The notes beneath the pieces are model-generated. The model saw only the letters and a list, made by a program, of their open reading frames with translations, was not told the origin of the DNA and did no database searches. A DNA stretch of 64,000 nucleotides from the NCBI GenBank assembly GCA_964016885.1, contig OZ024740.1:316014001-316078000 (forward strand), read 5' to 3'. How positions within the stretch are numbered: position 1 is the first letter of the stretch; every line of letters begins with the position of its first letter. This document shows positions 27,853 to 40,410 of this stretch, piece by piece. The translations under genes were made by a program, and so were the position numbers. The DNA is from Eledone cirrhosa. Taxonomy: Eukaryota.

Positions 27853-27909
27853 ACTACCTGATAATGTCACCGGATTCATACAAAACCCGGTCATTGAAAT
27901 GATCATAGT
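27853..27909 (+). ncRNA. Decayed PLE-type hammerhead motif
   Basis: ACTAC-CTGATAA-TGTCACCGG...CCGGTCAT-T-GAAA-TGATC-ATAGT; TGATCA fits CpG decay of CGATCG; AATAAA follows. Confidence 0.55.
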
Positions 27910-28047
27910 ATAATAAACCTTTCAAGGATTTACACCAGTCCAGCCTCCTCTTATTTTATAATATGTATATATATATATGTATACATATGTGAATATATGT
28001 TTGTATGTATGTATATATGTATGTATATATATGTGTATATATACATA

Positions 28048-28323
28048 TCCCAAAAGTCAGCTCAAAAGTGACACAGAGGAGACTGAGGTTGGCTGGACAT
28101 GCTCACCGACATCCAGAGTTGACATTGCACTCAGTGCTCCTTTGGGAGCCCCTACATGGACACACTAGAAGAGGAAGACCAAGGTTAACATATGTTGATG
28201 CCCTAAGGACAGACACTGGTCTGTTGGAGATGCAGGATATGGCAGCGATAATGAGGGACAGAGACCGCTGGAGAGAGCTCGTCCATGGATCTCGGGAATT
28301 TTACCCGCCTTAGATAGATAGAT
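28048..28323 (+). mobile_element. RTE-like LINE 3' end of a distinct family, (TAGA)n tail
   Basis: RRLRLAGHAHRH...LLWEP...[10 protein letters not shown]...MRDRDRWR-stop then TAGATAGATAGA. Confidence 0.85.
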
Positions 28324-28614
28324 ATATGTGTATATATATATATATATATATGTGTATATATGTATATGTGTGTATATAAGTATATATATGTGTGTGTATA
28401 TATGTATATATATATGTATATATATGTGTGTGTATTTATGTGCGTATATATATATGTATATATAAATTTAGTAAATAGAATCTTTTGGTGTATTTTTGAC
28501 TAAAGAAATTTTAGCCTGACAATGGAGTTTAAAACCCTCTCACAATGGAAAAGGATGATTATTGATGTACATGTATATATGTGTATATATAAATGTGTGT
28601 GTATATATATATAT

Positions 28615-28683
<69 letters not shown>

Positions 28684-28772
28684 CTTTTTTTGCACATCAT
28701 TATTAGTTTTGTTCTGCCAATTTAGTTAGTTTCATTCAATAATCATGAAATATTTCCCCTTTCTATAATAAT

Positions 28773-28957
28773 TGTTTCTACTATTGGCACAAGGCCAGCA
28801 AATACCCAGTACATTACTGGTACTTTATTTTATCGACCCTGTAAAGATGAAAGGCAAAGTTAACCTTGGCGGGATTTGAACTCAGAATGGCAAGGGCCGT
28901 AACTCTATGCGTCAAAGCATGGCGTCCGATCCTCTACCGATACTGCCAATCCACCCT
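28773..28957 (-). mobile_element. tRNA-derived SINE with Meta-like domain, family S2
   Basis: GAGTTCAAATCC B box, GCCTTTCATC...GGGTCGATAAAATAAAGTACCAG; 13-bp TSD TTTCTATAATAAT (28760, 28958). Confidence 0.88.
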
Positions 28958-30084
28958 TTTCTATAATAATGAACTGCTGAACATTAAAGTGAGACTTACA
29001 TATGTTTTTTGTTATGCACTCATCAATTTGCCCTTTAACATAATAGAGATTAACTCTTTACGTCCTGTACCACATGAAGCCACATTAGCAAGACATTCTT
29101 GAAAGGTACAAAACAGCACTATAACTGTATCACATTAAAAAAAAAAATCAAGTCTTTCGTTTATTACAAATATTTACTAATATCTGTGCACTAGTAAAAG
29201 ATTCTATAAATATTTGAATTAACAAATTTGTTTGTCGTTTTTTTTTTATAGATATTTTCTAAATTATTACAGGATGTTAAGAATTAATCTAATCATGCTG
29301 CAAACAACTAATGATATTATTTTATAGATGTTATTAGATAGGGCATCAAACTGAAGGAGTCCCCAGCACACACAACCTCCTCCCCCCCACTAACAGCAGT
29401 TTTTTTTTCAATAATATCAGATTTTGCATAACCATCTAACCTATACTAACATAGGAACCCAAGTGTGAAAATCATTGATTATCATTAATGTTATAAAATG
29501 TCTAAGTTTGTTATGTGTACATATCTGCGCTTATGGGCTTGTTTTATTATTTTTCGGTGAAGAAACATTTGTAAAGATATGTGTACATTTTTGTACATTG
29601 TATTTCTATGTGTGAGGAATATATACTATTGAAAAAGATTTATTCTTCTTATATATTTTCTCTTCAATATAAAATTAATGGATATTAAAAATGAATAAAC
29701 AAATTAAAATATCATAAAATAATCATAAAAAACAAATAAAACCGACTTTATTCAAAACCTTTTGTATGTATTATCAGTTAATGGCTAACCAGCACATAGC
29801 TGAAACTATTTTCATGCAGATGCTTAAATGTCCATTAAGATACAACATATTGGTAATTAATTGACCACAAAGCAAGTTATATTTAATATATTCTCTAGTT
29901 CCATTATTGGTTTATATTGAATGAAGTGGAATATAAAGGAACCATATCTGAGTGATAGTTCAATGTTAAAGTAATTTGACCAGCTCTGGTTTGGTGTGGT
30001 CAAAATAACTGGGCAGTGGTCTTACTTTTATTCCTGAAATTGAATCTGGCTCAGATTCCATAGACATAGAGTGATATACAGACT

Positions 30085-30400
30085 TCTTGTTGTATGACAT
30101 CTGCACAATTGTTAGAGACAGATAGAGATTGGTGAACCAGACTAAGGTGTCATTTGTGGTATTATGGATTGCCTCCGGGAAACTGGGAAGACGTCTTAGG
30201 GGGCTATTGTGAACAACATGCAATACCGTCTGGTCAGGGTCCCCACAGTCACATGCTGGTCTTTTATTTTCCATCGATGGAGATGATGGGCTGTCCTGGC
30301 ATGTGTTGTGCAGATCTGATTAAGAGACACCCATTGCTTTCTGGGAAGGATACGTAGATGAAAACCTTGTGGTCAAAAGCTGTCAGAAATGGACACAGTT
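30085..30400 (-). mobile_element. Non-LTR retrotransposon 3' remnant (Ingi/Vingi-like zinc-knuckle end)
   Basis: Minus strand LPRKQWVSLNQ...HRWKIK / PACDCGDPDQTVLHVVHNSPLRR; short CATACAACAAGAAG tail; clade assignment from memory. Confidence 0.6.
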
Positions 30401-30489
30401 TTAATGCTTGATCAACAATACTGCTGGTCCATTAGGGGTCACAATGTTTAACAAGATAGTTAAGCACTGTCCTGGAATATTTTAAAATA

Positions 30490-30782
30490 CAATGACAACA
30501 AAAAGGTTTCTTTTTATGAAAGAAAGGCTGGCCATATAACGTTTGTGTGTGAAGTGCGATGTAACATGGTAGTGATACATGGGCAGTCAATGCAGAGGGT
30601 ATGTGAAGGCTGGATAGAAATGAATCAAGATTTCTTTGATGGATGTACAATGTTACTATGTGTGAAAGACAAAGAATAGATGAGCTAAAACAAAATATGG
30701 ATATTAGAGGAATTAGATGTAGTGTATTGGAGAGAAGACTGTGCTGGTATGGTTATGTAATGCATATGGATGATGATCATTG
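30490..30782 (+). mobile_element. Old degenerate RTE fragment
   Basis: Diverged HGSDTWA and ERRLCWYGYVMHMDDD motifs. Confidence 0.75.
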
Positions 30783-31009
30783 AGTTTAAATGTTAAAGGG
30801 TTAAGGCTTCAGGAAAAGAGGGTCACAATTTTATTCAAATTAAATGTCTTTGTAATTCTAAAAAATAACTTTTTTTGCAGATTTTATATGCTATGGTGGT
30901 GGCACCATTATTTTTTAAGTGCTTAGGGCCTCAAAAGGACTTAATTTAATCTGGAGCTGTATACTTAATGTTACACATTTAATTTTTAAATTTGGTAGCA
31001 TTCCTGCGA

Positions 31010-31240
31010 TAATTAATTTTCTTTATACATTAAAAAAACATTATAAATACATTAAAAAACATTATAAATACATTAAAAAACATTATACATGACAAAAAAA
31101 AAAAAGAAAGAACACGTTATAAAATAAACAGGATGGGTTGTGGTCTCAATATGTAAAATAAGCAACTAATTCTGTTTTTTTTTTAAAATCAACAGAGACA
31201 ACCTTATTCCAATCTTCCTATTATTCAAGACCTGAGAGTA
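31010..31240. mobile_element. Dispersed DNA-transposon-like repeat (related copy ~55590-55942)
   Basis: Shared TTTATACATTAAAAAACATTATA...GGA(T/C)GGGTTG(T/G)GGTC...CAACAGAGACA block. Confidence 0.55.
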
Positions 31241-31609
31241 CCTCAGGTTATTTGACTCCGAAGGACACGTGTCAGTTTTTATCTGAGAATATTACCTTAA
31301 GTAGACTGGTGTTTTATAGTTACTGAGATTTATCTTATATTTGCTTAACATCAAGAAAAGAGCTAAGAATCAATATATTTAACAAATACACATTTTCTTG
31401 TTTATGTACGTGTGAGTATATACTCACACACATACACACATATGACCCTGTGATAAACAGATGAAATTCCAGAGATTAACAACACTCATTTTTCAGCCTT
31501 AATAAAATGAATATATATATACATACACAGAAATATCCACGGTTAGTTGTGGGGTCTAGTCTGCATTAAGAACTCAATGTAATCCATATGTTGAAATGTT
31601 GTAGGTTAA

Positions 31610-32026
31610 AATAATAATTGCAGAAATAGAAGCGTTTGCCCCTTAAATGGCAACTGTTTGATTAATAATGTAATATATAAATGCACTGTGTCTACTACTG
31701 ACTCCAACAAATCGTATATAGGTTCTACATCAAACACATTTAAGAAAAGATATTACGCACACTCCAGTAGCTTTAACAATACTAAAATAGCTAACACCAC
31801 ATCTTTAGCTGAAGCAGTAAATAACTCTAAAAAGGAAAAAATAGATTTCAAGCTATCGTGGAATACCATTCTACAAAGAACTCCATATCTTGGGAACAGG
31901 AGAGAATGCAGATTATGTTCCGGAGAGATCTTGGAAATTACTAAATCTAAGGACGATTTATTGAATAAAAGACAAGAACTGATTATAGCTTGTAATCACC
32001 GTATACGAAAAACATTTAAGTACTAA
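31610..32026 (+). pseudogene. Penelope-like element GIY-YIG endonuclease domain, 5'-truncated
   Basis: CRNRSVCPLNGNCLINNVIYKC...YIGST...FKKRYYAH...CRLC..E...LLNKRQE..CNH; no RT upstream. Confidence 0.85.
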
Positions 32027-32654
32027 TTAAACATTCTAAATAGCAGCTCACTATAATTCTATGTGACGTACCTTTTTGTTAGTATCCCCTTCTCCTAATT
32101 ATACGCCTTCCTGTTAATTTTTTAACCTTTTAATTTTTTAGCTTCCATTGATTCATGCGTTACTGACTAAAGGCATCAAGGTACATAACCACCTGTAATT
32201 ATATGGGTATACATGAATCTATGTATGTATGATAAGAGAATGTATATATATATATATATATATATGTGTATGTGTATGTACATGTATGTGTGTGTATATA
32301 TATATGTATATATATGTATGTATATATATATATGTATGTATGTATGTGTGCGTGTATGTATGTATGTATATGTGTATGTATATATCTACGTATGCATATG
32401 TATGTTTTTAATGGAGTATCTATGTAATTATACCTCTATCTATATATGTGAGTATATGTACTTTTGTGATCTAAGAAAATTATGCGTTTTGGCTATATGT
32501 CAACATGCATTTATCTGGGATTGATTACTTATACATAGACCCACTTGAAAATATTTACCATTTTATATTGTATGATACATCATAGGCTATACTATACTAT
32601 ATACAATGTACCATAATGCACTATATTATATTACATTATATTATATTATTATAA

Positions 32655-32846
32655 GGGCGGTGAAATGGCAGTATCGGTAAAGGGTTGGACGCCATGCTTT
32701 GATGCATAGAGTTACGGCCCTTGCCATTCTGAGTTCAAATCCCTTTTAGGTTAACTTTGCCTTTCATCCTTACGGGGTCGATAAAATAAAAGTACCAATA
32801 ATGCACTGGGATAATTGTTGGCCTTGTGCCAAAAGTAGAAACAATT
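32655..32846 (+). mobile_element. SINE family S2
   Basis: TGGCAGTATCGG A box, GAGTTCAAATCC B box, Meta-like domain, (ATT)n-type tail. Confidence 0.88.
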
Positions 32847-33315
32847 ATATTATATTATTATATTATTTTATTTTATTATCTTATTTTATTATCTTATAAT
32901 TTTTATCTTTTAATATACTATCCTTCCTAATTATGACCATTACTTTACCTATCTATATTTATCCTAGTTATTTCCGTATATTTTATATTTCTTTATTTAT
33001 ATTCACCTAAAAACCCCATACAACACAACTCAACATATAATTTTTACATCCCTTTTTAAACTTCACTCCACCATCTACATTCCACTATCAATACAACAAT
33101 CCCTTTTCTTCATAGGTTCTTCATAGTGATTCTGTTTTTAACACCATTCAACCATTCTTTTCAAAAGGTCATGACCTTAACTAAAGTGAGTTATATTTCG
33201 TCTTAACATCATATGGCAAAACACCATTTGATTAGTTTGTTCTTCAGCTACCTCCAAATAAGGTCATAGAACTCAATTTACTATTGATTTTGAATAAAAT
33301 TTTCATTGCTTTTGA

Positions 33316-33411
33316 CAACGGCTGACGATATACACGTAGGTAAATATATTCGTTATTTGATATTTTGTAACTAACCTTACATAGATCGATAACGAAATAT
33401 GCGTATGATGT
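33316..33411 (+). ncRNA. Possible degenerate hammerhead downstream of the PLE endonuclease remnant
   Basis: CTGACGA at 33322, GAAA-TATGC-GTA at 33394; stems imperfect. Confidence 0.4.
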
Positions 33412-33508
33412 ATTATTATCACCTAGAAACGATCGTAAAGTAGTGAAGTATATTCCTAATGACTTGAATTTTTATTTCATTGTTTTAACTTGTATATATA
33501 TATATATA

Positions 33509-33808
33509 TCATCATCATCATCATCATTTCATTTTACGTCCGCTTTTTCCCTGCTTGCAAGGGTGGGACGGGAACGGATGCTGGCTTGATTTCTACAGCT
33601 GGATGCCCTTCCTAACACCACCCTCATTTACAGTGAGTGCTGGGTGCTTTTTTGCCGTGGCACCTCCACGACCACTTTTCAGTGGAATGATAGGGACCCC
33701 AATCCCTATCACCTCATTTCTACAGCTGAGTAAACTGGAGCAATGTGAAATAAAGTCTCTTGCTCAAGGAAACAACACATCACCCGATCTGAGAATTGAC
33801 CGGGTGAT
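33509..33808 (-). mobile_element. SINE family S1, 5'-truncated
   Basis: Matches 46016-46347 up to the B box; (CAT)n tail. Confidence 0.88.
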
Positions 33809-33916
33809 ATATATATATATATATACATTTTCTTGTGTGTGCATGTACACTCACATACATAAGTATATGAACATATGTGGTTTTATGTGCATACACATAT
33901 ATATATATATATATAT

Positions 33917-34176
33917 ATAGTAGTGAAAGAGTGAAGAATAACATGGTCAGCTGCACAGTTGTTAATACTGTAGATAAAGCCCCTTGTTGTACAGCCGACC
34001 ATGTTATTCTTCACTCTTTCACTACTATTACTCCAAGAATAACCTGCATGAGAATTCTTGCAAACTCGCCACCTAACTAAGGAAACCTCTTGTTGAGTCG
34101 AACAACGCCGTACGTTAAAACTATTCATAGCACAGAGTACTCACATCCTCTAACTGGATTACCTAAAATGATAACG
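33917..34176 (+). mobile_element. Fold-back element family D: 41-bp arms, 30-nt loop, ~150-bp tail
   Basis: 33917-33957 inverted at 33988-34028; (TA)n flanks; only a degenerate GAC-CATG-TT hammerhead-like remnant. Confidence 0.65.
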
Positions 34177-34185
34177 ATATATATA

Positions 34186-34393
34186 TGAGTCCCAGGTTCA
34201 ATCGGGAGTAACCAGTGTTAGTAAGGTACTCAATACATTAGTAGAGTATAAACATCAAGTTTAGTATAGAACTGACTTCTACAGGACTAGAACGGTTTCA
34301 TTCAAAAGAAATCATCAGGAAAGGAATTTCCTGATGATTTCTTTTGAACGAAACAGTTTTAGTCCTGTGGAAGTCATTTCTATACTAAACTTT
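34186..34393 (-). mobile_element. Fold-back element family C: 136-bp palindrome plus ~70-bp tail, hammerhead core
   Basis: 34257-34392 symmetric about GGAA; CTGATGA(34331)-TTTC-TTTT-GAAC-GAAAC...GTC(34362); second copy at 56834. Confidence 0.8.
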
Positions 34394-34630
34394 ATATATA
34401 TATGTATATATTGGCTTATGTCAGACACTGTGACTCCAAATGGACCAGCAGTACTGTTGGTAGGTGTCGAAACTGCCAAAGTCCATCTCAACAGCCGATG
34501 ACCATGGAGTCCTGTTTCCTTCGTTTGTATATTTATAATAAAAAATTAATTTTTTAAGGTTTCCCCTTAAACATTTTTTTTTTATGTTTCAGTTTGTTGT
34601 TTTGTCCTTTCTTTCTTAATTTTCTTAAGT

Positions 34631-34662
<32 letters not shown>

Positions 34663-35010
34663 TCTTGACTGTCCAATAATCTACTAATACTAGTTACTTT
34701 CTTTACTCTATTTTAGTTTCTTCAATTAGAATTAATCAGAAATTATTTTTGAAATTTTGTTTCAATAGTGAGATATTTTAAAGAAAATGTTATTTTTAAA
34801 AGAACTTGAAAATCAATGGAACCAATTGAAAGATATGTATCTTTAGTAAGTTTTGGTGTAGTGTAAGAAGAGTAAAGAGGGTCAGATTGATAGGAGGTAA
34901 TGAATAATGATATATATACACACACACACACACACATACACACACACACACACACATATATACACATATTGTATGTATATATATATATAAATACATACAT
35001 ATTGTATATG

Positions 35011-35094
<84 letters not shown>

Positions 35095-35627
35095 AGAGAG
35101 AGAGAAATGGGGAGAGGTTTAGGAGCAAAATGTCTAAGAGGGTATAGGTGTATAGAGAGATTGGGATAGGAAACAAGAAAGTATGGAGACTGTTGTAAAG
35201 GGAATTTAAAAAAGGAGAGAGTGGCAGGAGAGAGAGATGAGAAAAAGTGATATGAGATAGAGAGAGAGAGAAGAGAAATATTGGGAGAAATCATAGGAAA
35301 GGGAGAATGAGAAAGGTGGGGGAAATAAAAAGAACAAAAGGAAAAGAAATGGTGATAATAGAGGAAAGGGAATATTATTGTAACAATAAGAGAAATGAAT
35401 TGGGAGTGAGGGGGAGAGAAAGTAAGATATATAGACATCATCATCCTCTTCATCATTTTATGTATGCTGTTTTTACTGGTATGGGTTGTGATAGGGGGCC
35501 AGGGATGCAGGATTTGAACACAGAACATTTGATGTGTGTATGTGGAAAGTAAACAGAAATAACAAAGCAAACGATACAGTACAATGAAGAAATATATTAG
35601 TTTAATGCTTGAAATAATAGGAAAATA

Positions 35628-35665
35628 ATCTTAACGTTTCAGACACTAGTCCTTCATCAGAAGAT
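35628..35665 (-). ncRNA. Minimal hammerhead-like motif
   Basis: Minus strand ATCTT-CTGATGA-A-GGAC-TAGT-GTCT-GAAA-CG-TT-AAGAT; 5-bp stem I, palindromic AACGTT. Confidence 0.7.
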
Positions 35666-35845
35666 AGAATAAGAAATAAAAGATGAAATAGAAAGAGAGA
35701 GTAGAGGAAGGAACAGGAAAAAAGCACACGTGCATATTCAGTTAGCCATTTATATAATCTAGAATTGTTTCAATGCACTGATTTGTATGTGTATATATGT
35801 GTGTGCCTGTGTGTATGTGCATATGCATACATTTATATGTATGAG

Positions 35846-37305
35846 TAGTGAAGAGTTTAGCGTAAAAGTTGGCGTCCATCAGGGCTCTGTTCTCAGCCCC
35901 CTACTATTTATTATTGCCCTTCAGGCTATAACAGAGGAGTTCAAGACCGGTTGCCCATGGGAACTCCTATACGCAGATGACCTAACACTCATAGCTGAAT
36001 CAATGGCCGAGCTAGAGAAGAAATTCCAAACATGGAAGCACGGCCTAGAATCAAAAGGCCTTAAAATTAACCTGGCTAAGACTAAAGTTCTAGTTTGTAA
36101 GAAAGAAAATAAGGCGGCGGTCCCTTCCGGGAAGTGGCCATGCTCAGTGTGTAGGAAAGGCGTAGGTAGAAACTCCATTTTGTGTCCCAAATGCAAAGTA
36201 TGGGTGCATAAAAGATGTAGTGGGATCACAGGTAAGCTAACTAAGAACATAGATTTTACATGTGGCCGGTGCTCTGGTGCAATAAGTAGCAGCAAGTGCC
36301 CACAAAATACTAGCTCTTTCAACTGCACAGAGGGTTCTATAGAAATAGTGGACAGCTTCCGTTACCTGGGTGACAAAATCAGCAGTGGGGGAGGGTGCTC
36401 TGAAAGTACAGTAGCTAGAGTCAGAAAAAGTTCAGAGAGCTTATACCACTATTAGCCGCTAAAGGGTTCTCCCTAAAAATGAAAGGCAGGTTGTATGATG
36501 CCTGCATACGAACAGCAATGTTGCATGGCAGTGAGACCTGGGCATTGTGTGCAGAAGATATACGCAGACTAGAGAGAAACGAAGCTTGCATGCTCCGCTG
36601 GATGTGTAATAGTAATATACGTGAACGGCAAAGCATAAACGAACTAAGGAAAAAATTAGAAATAAGAGGGATCAGATGTTGTTTACTCGAGAGAAGGCTA
36701 CGTTGGTATGGTCACGTGATGCGCATGAAGGACGATAGCTGTATAACAAAGTGCAGGGCAATAAAGATAGACGGTAGCCACGGAATAGGCAGACCCAGAA
36801 AAACCTGGGACGAGCTGATAAATTCCGACCTCGCACACTTACACCTCACCAAGACAATGTCACTGGACCGAGACATTTGGCGGTAGTCAGTAATAGAGAA
36901 GACCCCCCTTACCTAAATACAAAGTAAAACCTTCTACAGTCAGTAGGCATCTCTAACAAAATACATCCCCGTCCCACCACCCCCACCCCATCCACACCAC
37001 CCCTTTCAATGTAAAGTTATGTTGGTGCCACAATATCCAGGCCGAAACAAATGAGATCGTGTAGGTGTCACATCAAAAAACACACAGTTCACGCTGTAAT
37101 GTGGCCGTGTAGGCAACACGGTAAAAACCTCCCAGCCCCACACTGTAAATGTGGTTGGTGTTAGGAAGGGCATCCAACTGTAGAAAACCTGCCAGACAGT
37201 CCTATGCGAGCAAGATAATCACTCTTGCCTCAAGTGGGAAAACCCCCGTCCAAACCCATGCAAGCGTGGAACACGGACGTTAAACGTTGATGATGATGAT
37301 GATGA
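35846..37305 (+). mobile_element. RTE subfamily A, 5'-truncated, frameshifted
   Basis: [17 protein letters not shown]; ~10-bp deletion near 36425, premature stop at 36884; UTR and (GAT)n tail. Confidence 0.95.
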
Positions 37306-37672
37306 CACATACAAAAATACACACTCACAGACATACATTCACACAAATACACATACATTCACACACACAGACATACATTTACACACATACACATATACTC
37401 ACACACAGCGTGGCAAATGGAACGCCACCTGCTGTTTTGCTATAATTTTTTCACCACCTCCTTCCTTCTTTTTGCACATGCATTCACACAGACATACACA
37501 TATACACACATTGTGTGACGGACGGACGGAAGTTGTTCAAATTTATATATATCTCAGTGGTAACAGCAGCTGAGGTGGGAGTTGACCTTGTGCCTTGCTT
37601 TGGATGGTATATGAATATAATAAACTACAAAGGAATACCAGGTCTTAATTCTACTGGATATTGCTTCATAAT

Positions 37673-37860
37673 TGTTTCTACTTTAGGCACAAGGCCAGCA
37701 ATTACCCAGTACATTACTGGTACTTTATTTTATTGACCCTGTAAGGATGAAAGGCAAAGTAAACCTTGGCGGGATTTGAACTCAGAATGGCAAGGGCGGT
37801 AACTCTATGCGTCAAAGCATAGCGTCCGACCCTCTACCGATACTGCCAATCCACCACCCT
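37673..37860 (-). mobile_element. SINE family S2
   Basis: 14-bp TSD TATTGCTTCATAAT at 37659 and 37861; matches 28773 copy. Confidence 0.9.
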
Positions 37861-38297
37861 TATTGCTTCATAATAACATATAAATTGTGTCTCCCCTATT
37901 TATTACATACACATCCAAACTGTATATTATTTTAATGTCTATATAGTAAACTAAAACATAAAATAAACTGGCATTGTATGCCTTGCTCTTCATAGTTGTG
38001 TATATTTGTCGGTTATTATGTTGATGTGTGTGGAGGGTAATGTGTGTATGTGAGTACTCATATATAAAAACTGGTCTCTGTATTGTTATCTAAAAGTATT
38101 GATATTTCTTTTCTATCTATCTACCTGTCTGTCTGTTAGCCAACTAGTCCTGTGGGTAGAAAAGAGAAAGCAATGGCAAGAAATTGATTTCAGAGAGAGA
38201 GGGGTTAGTGATAGATGGAGAGAGAGGGGGTAGAGATAGATAGAGAGAGGGGGTAGAAAAAGCGAGATAGGAGGTAGATAGATAGAGAGAGGATATT

Positions 38298-38347
<50 letters not shown>

Positions 38348-38897
38348 GATGAGAGAGAGAGGGGGAAAAAGTTACAAAGACTGTTAGAATGAAATCACAT
38401 TCAGACAATGATTTTTTTTTTTTTTTTTCAGAATTTGTTTTTCCTTTTCCAGTCTATGACTCTGTTTATTGTGGAATTACATAAAAATAACCAGAAACGA
38501 GAAATATAATTTCTATTTTTATTTCAACTTATTTTGTTATATTTGTTGAAATTTAGTTTAATTTTGTTGTTATTTTTTAATATTATTGAATCAGGCAACC
38601 TAATATTAATATTGAAGGGTTAAATTCTATTGATGTGTGTGTACCATTATTTGAAGAGGAATTTTCATGAAAATTGGACCCATCCTTCCTGAATGATACA
38701 GTGATTGACAGAAGGAAATATTTGATATTTAGTTGTAAACACAACTACTTCTATGAACAGAGACTTCCATAACCTATTTGAGCATGAAAAACTATTACCA
38801 CCTTTAGTTCATGGTTGAATGTTTGAAAGTGGAGAAGATTATTCAACTGTGAAACACTTGTCTTTGTTGATGTTGTTATTTAGTGACCAGGTTTGTA

Positions 38898-39130
38898 ATA
38901 TCTAGACTTTTGATATTTACACTTATGATATCATGTGATCTGGACTTATGATATCTAGATTTATGATATCTGAACTTTGGATATCTAAACTTATATCTTA
39001 TGATCTCTAGACTTATGATATGATATCTTATGATATCTAGACTTATGATATCTCATATCTAGACTTGTAACATCTCGACTAACTCTATCTAATGATCTGG
39101 ACTTATGACATCTAGACTAACACTATCTAA
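38898..39130. repeat. Degenerate ~15-bp tandem repeat (ATCTAGACTTATGAT)
   Basis: Direct reading. Confidence 0.75.
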
Positions 39131-39779
39131 TGTGTTCTGGTCTTTTGTGTGTGATTCAAGGAAGATTTGGCTGCTATTATTAGCAGTTCAAATGAGTATG
39201 TAGGTGTTATCTTGTTACCTTGCATTACTTTTGTGAGACATACACCTGTTTAACACTTATTAAATGAAGATAGAGTAGGAGAACTTGGGAATGAGAGAGA
39301 GAAAGAAGGGAGAAAGAGAAAGAAGCTGAGAGAGAATGAGGGAAAAGAGAGAAAGAGGCTGAGAGGGAGAGAGAGAGAGATACTGTTTGACTTATATTTA
39401 AGTTAAAATTAATCTTTCTTAAAATTGAATCATTGATCCAGGCTTGTCCCCCAAAGTAGGTGAAGGTCACTGGATGACACTGCCTCTTCTCCCCACTTTT
39501 CAATAGTACACCTTCAGATTTAGAAAAATATATGCTTATTCCAAAATTCTACCTTAAAGTTATTACGAATTAGAGAGCCCACCCAGAATGTACTAAACCT
39601 TCCCCTGAGCACGAAAACCTGGCAATGGGCCAGCATTAATCAGTTCATTAATGGTTGAAGTCATTCTTGTGAGTATTGTGTTGTGGATCTTATGCGAGGC
39701 CCACTACTTGTTGCATGTACTTGTTTCACACCAACTAGTTGATAATGTGGCCCCTCCTGACTTCAGTGTTGATTCATCA

Positions 39780-40410
39780 TTACCATCATCATCAGCAGAA
39801 ATGGTAGCATTTAACATCAGCTTTCTCTGCTAGCAAGGGTTGGACAGGTTGTCATAGACATAGTCAGTACTTAATTGGAGCTACCAACCTCTCAGACAGG
39901 CCAGGGCCTGCATCTCATTTGTTGCATTGTATCATCATAACACCAGCACTATAGGAGGTGTTGTCATATCTTTGACACAACTAAAGAGTTCTCCTGACAC
40001 TTTGTTTCACAGATTTTCTATGGTTAGGTGCCCTTTCTATTACCTTTAACTTTACAGAGTGGACTGAGTGCATTTATTGTGTAGATCACCAACACAAGAG
40101 AAGTTGTCATGCCCTTGACTCAGCTAAAGAGCCTTCTCAACCCTCTTTGATATAGTTTCTACATCTGGATAACCTTCCTATCCCCAACTACCTCACAGAG
40201 TGTACTGGGTACATCTTTTGTGGGACCAGCACTATAGATGTTGTTGAATCATGATTGGAGGGTCCTCTCAACCCTTTTTAGCATAGTTTCTACAGCTGGA
40301 AGCTCTTCCTATACCAACCACTTTACAAAGTGTGCTGGGTGCAATTTTTTTGTGTGGCATCAACACTGTGGGGGCTGCTGGTCATAGACTCAACTGAAGG
40401 TCTCTCTCTC
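39780..40410 (-). mobile_element. Old (CAT)n-tailed retroposon with ~4 tandem ~130-bp UTR modules
   Basis: Repeated TTTCTACAGCTGGA...CCAACCACTTTACAGAGTG...ACCAGCACTA; similar arrays at 48400-48780, 50420-50655, 57380-57530. Confidence 0.65.

Noticed and set aside
34452-34490. Hairpin plus GTCGAAAC...GTC hammerhead-like half
   Set aside because: No CTGANGA core or stem I found
38410-38460. Strong splice-acceptor-like poly-T...CAG
   Set aside because: No convincing downstream frame or donor
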